64,000 bases of DNA from Catajapyx aquilonaris (Eukaryota), in contig KZ537998.1 in assembly GCA_000934665.2 (NCBI GenBank), positions 1 through 64,000 of the forward strand, written 5' to 3'. Under the pieces are notes generated by a model. It did not search any database. It saw nothing but the letters and a program-made list of their open reading frames with translations, and was not told the DNA's origin. Shown here piece by piece: positions 53,141-64,000 of this stretch (the stretch's first letter is position 1; each line of letters opens with the position of its first letter). The position numbers and the translations under genes are program-made.

Positions 53141-56100
53141 TGAATGAAGAAAAGTATAATATACGAAAAAAAAACGGATGGTGGTGTGCCACCCGCCTAA
53201 AAAGGCTCCGCCTTATCACGGGGTAACGTAAAAATAAAATAAAAATTCGATTTTTTTTCATATTTTAACACTTTAAATATGCTTTTAAATTGGCGTTAGC
53301 AGCTCAAATATTACAAAAATGTGGCAGGTAATTACAAAAATTAGAGCCAAAATATAAATACTAAGCCGGGCCACTTTTTCGCATGGGGATACCTAGTAGA
53401 GGTTCTTAAGATGTTTTTTAGAGCCAGTTTAAAAGCATAAAATTTGTACTAATTTGAAAAATTCTAAATTTTGAGTTTGAAAATGAATTTTTGAAAGTTG
53501 GATTTGTCAGAGCCAGAAGGAAAAACAGAATTGTTCCATAAAAATAAACCGTAAGGCCACGCATCATTTCTGGCTCCAAACCATGTCCCGAATAAAAAAA
53601 ATATGGGCCCCATCACGTTTGGTTTGACCAGGAGATGCATCGTCAGGTCGAGTCTTACACCCTACATATGCATAATTTCATGAAAATCGGTGAGGATAAA
53701 TGGAAAAGGTGTCCCGTTTCACCCATAAGTTCTGAAATAGAAGAGACAACTTCGTATTTGCAAATACAGCATGCGTTTAAAGATGCAAGCTCCCTTGAAT
53801 TTAAAATCATGAAAGCAACATGCAGCAGAACCGCTCGCAGAGATTCACGTGGCGATAATTTATAATTCACGAATGCCATGTACAAGTCGCTTTAAAGTTC
53901 ATCAGGCACTAGGTTACAACGCCACCGTGTATTTATACACAGAGTAGTACAAAAACGCAACTGCCTTCTCCGGTCAAGTTTATGGCAAAAGCTATTATTT
54001 GGCCAATTCCGCGGCTCGCAAACACCACAATATTTCAGTTACGTTACACTTAAGTCTAGACTAGTTACACCCTGTGAGTTAGACCTCTGGCATGTCTGGC
54101 CTCCGCATGTTTGTAGAGAAGTGGCCCACCCTGCACTGCGACACACTATTTTGTTGAGCCGTCACGTGGAGAGTGTGGGATGCTGAGTTATGAATAATTA
54201 CCCGCCTCAATTTACCGCCTGATAAATAATTCAACGAAAGTGCAAGGGACGTTTGTAAGAACGTAATGCGTCGTTAAGCCGACGCAGTAGTCGTTAAGGA
54301 AGTGCATAACGCTTCTAACAAGATTTCTTCCGCCCCATGTTCCAAGGGCCTATCAGTATTCATGCACACTCAGCAACTAGAATGAATCGCTTCTGATGCA
54401 CCTCCATCGAAGAGGTTACGATGCGAATCCGACAAAAAATGGAGGGACATTCCCCCTTCATTTTCATACAGATTATTATGAGTCCTGGACAATCGGATCC
54501 GGTTCTTGCAGCAAAAATGGTAAATCACATTAAAAGTATCATTGCCTTGCGAGGTCTTTTGCATAAAATACAACAACTGTCAGCAGAAATGACATTTACC
54601 AAAATACGGGATGTTTTTACACACACAAAAAAAAAAGCAGGGGACCAACCCCAGAGTCCATTGGCCTTTGAGTGAATCAATCCCTCCGGCCAACTACTTT
54701 CCTCCGGACTTTTTTACGAGGACCTCCGGAAGTAGAAGGAACGCCGCCAAATGGCAGGGCTTATAGGTGGATGTCGACTGTCCAGACCTATGTGTATATT
54801 ATAGAAAAGAAAAGGGAGCTGATGGTAAAAAACGCGCTATTGTCATCTCTTTATCGCGATCAGCCGGACAGGCTTCTTCTTAATGGGATGAACTGAAGGC
54901 TGATCTTGCTGGAAAAGGGCCCGGAACATGTCCGCCATCTTGACATGGCCAGAGTGGCCCACTTTTGTTAACAGCCTTGCTTCGTCATGACTAACGACTT
55001 AGATGTTGGTTTGTTATCTGGAGTACTGTGCTAGGATACTGCTTGAAGCCTGTACAGTAGCCATTTTGACTTGGCCCAGGATATAGCCTACATGCATTTC
55101 AGTGTAGGGAACTGTTATGGCGGAAGGGCAAACCCTGGCACTAGACCCAACATCTTGTTATCATCCAGTCGTGTAAAAATTGGGCACCCACTTTAAAACA
55201 CGCTGAAAAAAACTTGCTGGAGTCAGCAACTCATGATATTGGCTAAAACTTTACATTTCAAAGTGAAGTTAAGAACATCGTCACTTTCTCCTTTAAACTT
55301 ATGTTAATAGACAAATTGATTTAAACGATTTACTGGGAGAGGTTATACTGTGTACATGAACATTTTGCGACACTGCAAGCTACAACATGGTAATGCCATT
55401 TTACACTTCACACCCATCATGAGTACAGCCAAGAGTGTCTGTAGTCTACAGTAGGCTATAGCCTCACTGTTCAACATGACGACCTACTCTGAATATCAGA
55501 TGTATTCAGATCCAACTTACACATTAACGTTACAGCATCGATGGGAGTTACGTTAGATCAATATTCTATGAGCCAGATAAGGTTAGTTTTCTTTTTGCGT
55601 AATGGACAAACGTATGTTTTCCATATTTGAACCCCGAGTTTTCGCACTACTTGCTTCACTTCCTCCTCTGAATTAAACTGCTACTTATATAGGGTCCGTT
55701 GCACCTGATGCCCAATATTCAAGTTCGGTATGAGTTTGTCCTTGTTATTAATTGACTTATTAATTAGTAACTAGTTGGCACAACTGGCAACCAACAATAC
55801 AATCCAATTACCTATATCTGTCCAGACTTTTGGGTCACCCTGTAGTAGTAAAAATATTTTTTCTTTCACCCCTACCATTGTTGTCAGGCTTCTGGATAGG
55901 TCCTATTGGTGCACTCAATAATAGCCTACATACTGACAGATTATGTATCAAAATTGCACGCAGTTTCGCAACAACATTTTCTAATCAAATCTTCAGGGGT
56001 AATCAAAACTCCCAACACATTTTCATTAAATCGACAACAAATGGATTGAATTATTTAACACCTCTTCACTAAAAGTGACGCCATGAAGGTGAAATTACTG

Positions 56101-58112
56101 TATGAAACAGAGCACGCCTCTGGACCTTATGATTACCTCTCGTACACTGTACATTCCCGAATTAATTACTCCCACATGTGAGCAGTTTAGCTTTGGGCTA
56201 TCCAGTAAGTTTATGTATAATTCACATAATCTCTTAATGAATTGCCGTGAAATCAAACAATAACAAGTGCCTTGCTACAGTATACTTGTCGTTTTACCCG
56301 TATCGTACCACTGCTATCACCCTCACTACAACAACTAGTCAACTACATATATTTTTTTAAACTCAAGACTATAACACGCGGCCAAAATTCGAGCCAAAAG
56401 TATTTTAAAACTGTAATTTCAGCGCTTCTGATTTTCAGTGGAACGCAGGCAGAAAACCCCTCCTATTTTTAAAGCATCTAGTGAAAAAAAAATCCGCATT
56501 CCTAAAGTCTCGTCGACTGTTTTACAAAAAGCCCGAGTAGTTGCGAAATAAAAGCGAACACCTTTCAACACGAATATTCTCAGCGGTCGGGCAAAGTTGA
56601 CATTCTGCGACCGAAATTACCTTCTTGTTGACTGCTGTAATGTGCTCAGACTACATTATCGTCACAGACTACTTTCTGCGGTTAGAAATGCAAATTGTGC
56701 TCACATTGCCCTTTCACTGCACTACTTTTACACCACTTGCGGTATCCTGTATCCCACTGCACCACCTTATGACCTTAGAAATATCTGGAAATTTTGGTCC
56801 AATCATTAACTTTGACTCTCAGTTCCTGTAATGCCGACAGCTCATGCATAAGTTCAAAAGCGTCTAACACTCCCCGAAAATATATGGTGCTCCAATCATC
56901 TAACCACCAGAGCTCAATTTGTCGCCCCCAACACGTACGGCAATTCACGGTTTCCTTATGCGCAAAAACTATAGACCCTCACTGATGCTAACGACCATCG
57001 GCGCGCAGTCCAGGCCACTTGGGGGTACCGTACATCACGTCTAAAGCCTCACCGTCCGATAACACGACGTTAACAATGCCGCTGCTTCTGGAACATTACA
57101 TTCGTAGGATTTGGCCCGTCCGCAGACTCTTCTTATGAACTACTATCATTTTGCAGCATTTGGCTCTATCTATAGTCGTGGGCTGGGAAAAAGAAAACAG
57201 GGCTGATGACATGGCGACGATGTGCGAATATGTCAACGGCAAATGTGTCCCTGGGAGAAAGAAAAAAAAGCCAACTCTAGCAGCATGTGTCCTCTGCCAC
57301 GTCTGTTGATTTCCCAGCTCAAAATTCGCCACAATTCTCATGCATTTTTAACCACTTAATGCATTCCTACCCTCCCCCATCCCCACATTAACTGGAATCG
57401 ATATGGGACTTCTTTTTTTTTCCTCCCCACTTTTCCTATCTCCATCTTCCCTCCCCACCTCAACCTGCACGTCTGTCAAGGATGTCCAAGGTGATGTGAA
57501 ATGATGGGATGGAATAAATTGAGTAGAAGTGATATGCATTGTTCATAGTTTGCAGAAGGTGCAGGCTCAAAAATGACAGGGTGGAACATACACCCCATGA
57601 TTTACTCATAAGGTTTAATTTATTCACCCTTCTGTTGGAGTTGATATTCACAGATCTGGGTCCATTTAAGTGAATGGACTGGATCAATCCCTACCCAGCA
57701 ATGAGTATTTAAGACCCGGTTATTTTTAAGAGCGTAGGGGAGAGGGGAGTTGGATATCAGATGGTTCATGTACCGGGTGTTTCAAAATTTGTTGAATGGC
57801 GTGGTGGATTCCATGCAGGAGAGCCAACTGGATGTGTCAAGAGGTATCACAGATGCGGATATCTGACCTGGGTATCGGGGCGCTCGTTATAAAACAGTAT
57901 GCTGTTACTATTAACACTTATTGTTAGCTTCATTGTTATATGCGAGTCAACAAAACTTATCCTTGCAGTATTGGCGGTTCAGAGTTTACAATATGCATCA
58001 AAATGGAATGAGAAAACACTATATTATAATTTACAGGAAGAGCTAAATTAATCACCAGAGTTATGGGTTTAAATTAGGGAGTGCTTACAAACATAATAAT
58101 CCTGAATTAATG

Positions 58113-58120
<8 letters not shown>

Positions 58121-58183
<63 letters not shown>

Positions 58184-58463
58184 TCATACCCCGTTATCAG
58201 CCGGCGGCTCTTTAGGGGGGAGTTTTTGTTTTGACTGGAACTCTTTCTTTGCATTTTTACTTCGCTTTTTGGGGATAGGATAGGGACGGAAGGAAGCGGC
58301 TGTGGCCTATTATTTTAGGAAACAACCCCGGCATTTTACCTGGAGGGACCGTGGGAAACCACAGAAAACCACGGTTAGGGTTGCCGGCCCCGGGGATCGA
58401 ACCCAGGACCTCCCGATTAGCAGTCGGATACCATATCCCCTCCGCCACCACTGCTTCGGTAAG
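58121..58463 (-). mobile_element. tRNA-derived SINE with (ATT)n tail and 13-bp TSD
   Basis: Minus strand A box TGGCGGAGGGG, B box GGTTCGATCCC, body GGTTTCCCACGGTCCCTCCAGGTAAAATGCCGGG..TAGGCCACAGCCGCTTCCTTCC; TSD TAATGCCTGAATA (58108-58120, 58464-58476). Confidence 0.88.
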
Positions 58464-58697
58464 TAATGCCTGAATATATTTATGAAATGTTGAATATATT
58501 AAGCATTTTGTTTTAAAAAAATATATAAGCTTACCTTGCAGTGCACATACTGACCATTTCTTCCCGCCTTCCAATCGTGTACATGTAGTACGTCTTTGTA
58601 TACATTTTGACTGGCTGGTGGAGAAAATGAGTGGTACCGGCACTTATATTGTTAAGGTAGGCTTATTACCATCCTTCTTGTATGAGGTTTTTGTGCA

Positions 58698-58812
58698 GTG
58701 GGAGGAAACTGGAGAACCCCGATAAAGCCCACGCAAACACGGAGAGAACCTTACGAAACTCTTTCCACATGAGAATCCTCTGTCCGACCCTGAGATCGAA
58801 CGACCTCAGAGG
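58698..58812 (-). mobile_element. V-SINE fragment (B box plus V-domain)
   Basis: Minus strand GTTCGATC..GAGTTT..GTTCTCTCCGTGTTTGCGTGGGCTTTATCGGGGTTCTCCAGTTTCCTCCCAC matches the recalled V-domain core. Confidence 0.75.
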
Positions 58813-59785
58813 TGGATTGCTGTAGCGATAACCCCTATATGTCTGGTCCGTATACGATGTCGGTTACGTCCATACTGAATGAACTTCTAAACGTCAAAAA
58901 GGTCAAACCTGAATCATGGCTTACTAAAAGTTTGAAAGTGACACATATTGCTTCCCACATTATACGTATTCACAAATCCACCAATCGCAGTCAACTCCCA
59001 CTCATATCATACGATAATTTTAAATTGCCAATTAAATCCAAGTGCATGGCTCTCGCAAGGTCTGATCCGGCAATTAAAGTGATCTAGAGTCTAGACGATC
59101 GTATAATTCAAACACCCCCATGTAGCTCAACGCCATTCGTCATCAGCTCTTCCTTCATACATGACACACCTGGATCTCCCACCAGTGACCTTTGGCCGCC
59201 CCTCGGAAAAAAAAAACCCCAAAAGCAAAATGGCTGAACATGAACTACCCAAGGTGGGGAAGGACCCCCAAAATGCATTTGGGGAATGGGGAGGAAACCC
59301 CCTCCCTGGAACTCCTCCACCCCCTCCTTCGCCGTAAAGGAGCGGCTAAGAGGCACTAAAGTTTGATAACGCGGATCAAATGTCAGGCGAGCGAGGAGAA
59401 GAAGAGACGATGCATCCCTGGGAATCAACTCCTCCCTCCCACCTCTCTTTTCCTGCCCACCTCAAGCCACATACTCAGGAACCTACCCTCTTCTTACAAG
59501 TATGTACCTAAATATAGATGCTCTTATAGATTCAGACTCAGGTGGGGAAGGATGCTGTACGTTAACTGGAATAGGACCCTGCACACAACAATCATCCCTA
59601 TCCCTATACTGTACAGCTGTTCAAATCGACCACTCAACTAGATTCTACACTAACAGTGAACAGTCTTATAATGTTGTGCAGTAGTTTCAAGAACAACTGA
59701 CCCAGCACATCAGTTACTCCACCAATTGCCATATATGATTGGCTGACACAGACAGTTTGTCATCATTGCCTAAGAGGTCTTATTA

Positions 59786-59935
59786 AACCTTGGGCTAATG
59801 CGGGTTAATTATGTCACGGAACTCCCTCACCTCTAAATTCATTCATTAGTTGGTCCGCAGCTCTCGCAAGCCAATGAGTTTGTATAATGATAAGAGGTTT
59901 CGTGACGTAATTTAAACGCCATTAGCTCAAGGTCT
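59786..59935. mobile_element. Short MITE, Harbinger-like
   Basis: Inverted termini ACCTTGGGCTAATGCGGGTTAATTATGTCACGGAAC / GTTTCGTGACGTAATTTAAACGCCATTAGCTCAAGGT. Confidence 0.7.
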
Positions 59936-61036
59936 TCAAGGGCAGGGATCATTCAGTGAATATGCATGAGGGCGCCAGTTCCTTACGTCAGGGACATTAT
60001 ACCAAATACACTAGAATAGACTAGATACAACGTATGTTTTGTACAATATCGTAGCAATAGGAAATCTGAGAAAAATGTACTAAAAAAATTCACTTCTAGA
60101 GGCAAAGTATAAAAGTGTCAGAAAGCATACAAGGTGGCATGAAAATGTGCGTACTTGTCTCGGATGTTGGTTCCTCGAGGGTCTAATGCGAAATTGTTCT
60201 AGATGATTCAGCCGATTTCAGCTCTATGGCGCACTTAAAATCCCGCATATCGTTTGAGTTGTATACAAGTAGATGGAGAGATTGATTTAGCTGAAATCAC
60301 ACTTTCCACAATATCTCAGTTTCATGATAAGAGCAAGCGTGCCCTTTTGTCCAGATCCTCCACATTTTGCCTGCACCAGCATGATAAGTTGCTCTTTTCA
60401 GCATAGCACATCTTGAAGTAACGCCGCAATGAACAAACGGGCAGCGGTGATAATGACCCATATTGGTGGCCATAATACGCTTTACAACCGGAGCTGGAAT
60501 GACCTCTGAGGAAAATCAAGTGTCACAAGCAGCTCGGACAGGGAACTGAATGTGAAAAGCCTATGGACATTGTTCCGCACCCCCCCTGTTGTCCCTAATT
60601 ACCCGAAGCCTTTCCATACAAGTGCAGAAGTGCAGTTGGCTGTAATTACCGGCTTCCCATTACAGGGCGCCGTGTGTGAAAGGGAGAGAGAGCTGCACAG
60701 AATAGCAAGTTATGACTTCCCATCTCGCTCTCGATGGTCTCATAAATATGTCACTTTATATGTTTCGAACACTTGACGCTCCTTGATCATAAATTATGTG
60801 GGAGAAGGCGGGGGGGTGGGGGGGGGGGGAAGTACCGGAGCCTGAACCATTCAAAGGTAGGATCTTATCTACGGCTATTGTTTAGGATTCCAGGAATGGG
60901 AGGAGTATCCCCTCGTCAACAGGTACTCTGGTATAGTACTTACTGTGTGCTAGACCACTATTATATGATTTTGTGGCACTGAATGCTCCCTCATGCTCCC
61001 TCGTGCTCTCTCGATCTCTCTCTCTCTTCCCATATA

Positions 61037-61470
61037 CAGAGTGTTCATGAAAAACACCGACAAACCTATATAACCCCGACCTAGGGACCAGACGATCACA
61101 TTATGTAGATGAGTGATTATTCCTGGGCCGCCTCATTACCGCGCAAATTGCCTTCAAACAGGTAGTATAAAATATCCTGGAAGTTAGGCCACCCAACGAA
61201 CCCTTCCCCAGTCAGAAGGGTCTGGAAGGTCTGGGGGCCGGACTTTGTTGGTTTGTTGCCCACAGGTGGTAAGGCCTCTATGGCTAGTTACACCTGTAAA
61301 TTCTATTTAAAAGTCAGAAGAAGCAATTAGGCAAAAATCGCTAATCAGCAACGAGTCAATTATCTCAGTAATGAGGCGGTGTAGACATAATGACTCCTCT
61401 ACATAAAATGACCCTCACGTTACCATTGGCCACTGGTATCAGTTTGTCGGTGATTTTCATGAACACCCTG
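61037..61470. mobile_element. Tc1/mariner-type MITE (434 bp)
   Basis: TA|CAGAGTGTTCATGAAAAACACCGACAAAC ... GTTTGTCGGTGATTTTCATGAACACCCTG|TA; imperfect arms extend ~110 bp. Confidence 0.85.
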
Positions 61471-63167
61471 TAGACCACAAGTCCACAACCAAGATAACTG
61501 CAGGATTGTCACATCAGGAGGCCGCTAGAATGGTAATAATGGCCGGCCTTCACTTTCCTCTCCTCAACGGGCAGGCCCGATGTGATGAAGCGCATTTTTA
61601 CCAGATTCTCGTGTAGGTCGCACTGTACTGTACCCTGTACGTATACAGAAAGTAAAACAGTGGGGGACAAGTCAAGTTGAAAAGTATTTAGAGCTGCCTC
61701 AGTTTTGTTGGGTAGGAGGTGATTAAGTTACTTCAATCAGCTTTCGCCCACCAATCGTCCATCAGTAAACAAGGGTCAATTAATTAATATCATTAGTGAG
61801 ATAATAGGTTTGCGCACTAATTCGAAGGTCAGGATTTGATAGGTTATATTAGATTAGCCCTTTTTGATTGGCAGTGTAACGAAACCAGTTACTAAAAGCA
61901 CTTCTTGCAGTGGACTAGCTGCTACTGCCTTCTTGCTGCCAGCTCATCGATCGCTCCAATAGCTCCAACGCAGCTTCCTTTCACTTCGACAAATAAAGGG
62001 GACTCGTTTCTAAACCTTCCCATAAAAATGTTAGATTGACTCTACGTTGGAATTCAGTACCATTGCTATAAATAGTTGCTATAGGGACAAAAAGTGGCCC
62101 GCTTCGTTAAAAGGCGTTTCAATTACGAGGACACGTAATGAAATTCACTACATTTCTACGAGTCAGACCGACATGCATGGAATAAGACAATTTTGCATCG
62201 AAAATGTTACTGAAAAATCATCATACATGTATATGATACAGGCATATACAGAAGCCCACAATAAAAAGTTTGAAAACAAACCGGCCTTTTGCTTTGCCGA
62301 CACTTTGGACAAATATGGAGTGGCGCAAAGTTCCTCAATTGTATTCGAATTGTAGTTCCGAAACATAAATTTGGACTCATTGCGCAGCACTAACACGACA
62401 TTAATCAAGCTTAGACCGCAACCATAGACATGAAAAACAACCCTTCAACACTGCCAAGCTTCGGAAAAAGATTCCCTCCTTTCAACCATGTTTGGATGGT
62501 TCCATGACAAGCCCCATTAATCACCAGAGTCAAGCTTCCGGCAAATGTCCGTACCAGAAAGAAATGAAAATATGAAAAAAAAGAAAGATGAGAAAAGGTA
62601 TTGATCAGAATGCCTCATCGGTGAAGCCCCAAAAGATCGCTGAGTCTTCATCTCTCTTCGACATGCCCTTTCATAGTTATTTCCAAGGAAAGCTATTAAC
62701 ACAAGGTGGTCCACTGCCATATCCTGAATGATCCAACTCCCCGCTGGATGCAGCTCAAAACTATAAAATGTAACATGGGCAGGAAACTATACTATAGAAT
62801 CTGACAGGAGAGAGATCACACCCATGAAAATCAGTATCGCAGGGTTCATGACACAAGGCCGTGTTTAATGACCTTCTGATAAAGATTTTGTGACAGCGCC
62901 GCTTTTTTTGAATTACAATGAAGCGATCAATTTGATGGCATACTCGACGCTCCCTTTAATTAATGAGACCGTTTTTTATAAAAAAAAGTGGCCGGGAGTT
63001 TTCCCCAAACACGCTTATCTCTCGAGTCATAAAGTCAAAAAATTATGGGGCGCGGAAGGGCCTATCACACCAGAGAGAATTCTGTCATATCTATACTAAA
63101 TGGAGAGTTGAATTAACCTGCCCGGACATCCATTAATAAAGCTTTGAACATGTAAAAGGCTGGGGAA

Positions 63168-63173
<6 letters not shown>

Positions 63174-63227
<54 letters not shown>
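63174..63227. repeat. (GA)n microsatellite
   Basis: About 27 GA units. Confidence 0.97.
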
Positions 63228-63229
<2 letters not shown>

Positions 63230-64000
63230 TCATCTTCTTTAGTGCTATAAAATTTAGAGAAAACCTAGTTAGTTCTCACGCTCTAAATAACAGGTTCTAA
63301 CATATCCATGCTGATCTACCTGACATAGATCACATCTCAGTTACGTATACGTTTAATTAAACCCCAAGCAATGCCGTAATAAATCAAAAAAATCTTTAAA
63401 TACAGCCATGTATTTTTATATCCATGTAAAAAAAAATCCGGTTTGACGCATGCTCAAATCTTTCTCCTCTAATCCACAGCAAGGTCACGAACAAGAAAAC
63501 TATTTAAACCATGCATAAATGTTAATTAATAAAGTAGGTTACAATATTGTGGCCTTATGTGTGCATGTACTGTATCCTATTAATGCATTTTCGAAAGGAA
63601 ATTATTATATTTTTGTGACGTCAAAGTAACCTTTGACCTCAAAAGGGAAAGTGTAAAACATTAAAATGTACTTTTGGAAGGTATATTTATTCTAAATCAA
63701 AATTAAAATTATCAGGGAGATAAAATATTTCTTCCCTGTTTTTTTGTATGGAGGATTATTGCTATACAGTAGGCCTATATAAAGATTAAAATTATTTCAA
63801 AAATATTATTATATTAAAATTATTATTCTCACGATGTAACTTATTATTGTTGACCTCAGGCCAGAACTAAATAATATCAGGGACACATTGAAGCAGTTCT
63901 GTGGGATAAACCAAATTCATGAAATTTTTAAAATGTACTGTTACACACCTTGACTGATCTGTATTGAAACCCCCCTCCCCCTCGCCCCGTTTTTTCCCCT

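Noticed and set aside
47150..62840. Several ATG-G|GT sites tested as the missing upstream Miga exon end (~47166-47180, 53720, 55412, 62820)
   Set aside because: Upstream translations show no Miga-like sequence or contain stops

Overview
Eukaryotic (animal, most likely arthropod) genomic DNA; no prokaryotic features such as operons or CRISPR arrays. The only well-supported gene is a mitoguardin (Miga/FAM73) orthologue on the minus strand. Seven GT-AG exons (16274-16458, 16055-16162, 15739-15851, 14930-15098, 14157-14390, 13900-14070, 10532-10708) splice in frame to about 385 C-terminal residues ending at TAG 10532-10534. I could not find the N-terminal exons in the remaining ~47.5 kb, which is probably one very large intron. 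The rest of the window is non-coding and dense in non-autonomous DNA transposons (Transib-, hAT-, PIF/Harbinger- and Tc1/mariner-like MITEs), several tRNA-derived SINE families (one with a V-domain), and microsatellites. The most striking items are a 1350-bp Transib-type element with perfect 36-bp TIRs reading heptamer CACAGTG + 23 bp + nonamer-like (resembling a V(D)J 23-RSS), and a CpG-depleted domain over the 3' part of Miga. Nearly all ORFs in the supplied track look spurious. All family assignments come from my recall of the motifs, not from database searches.
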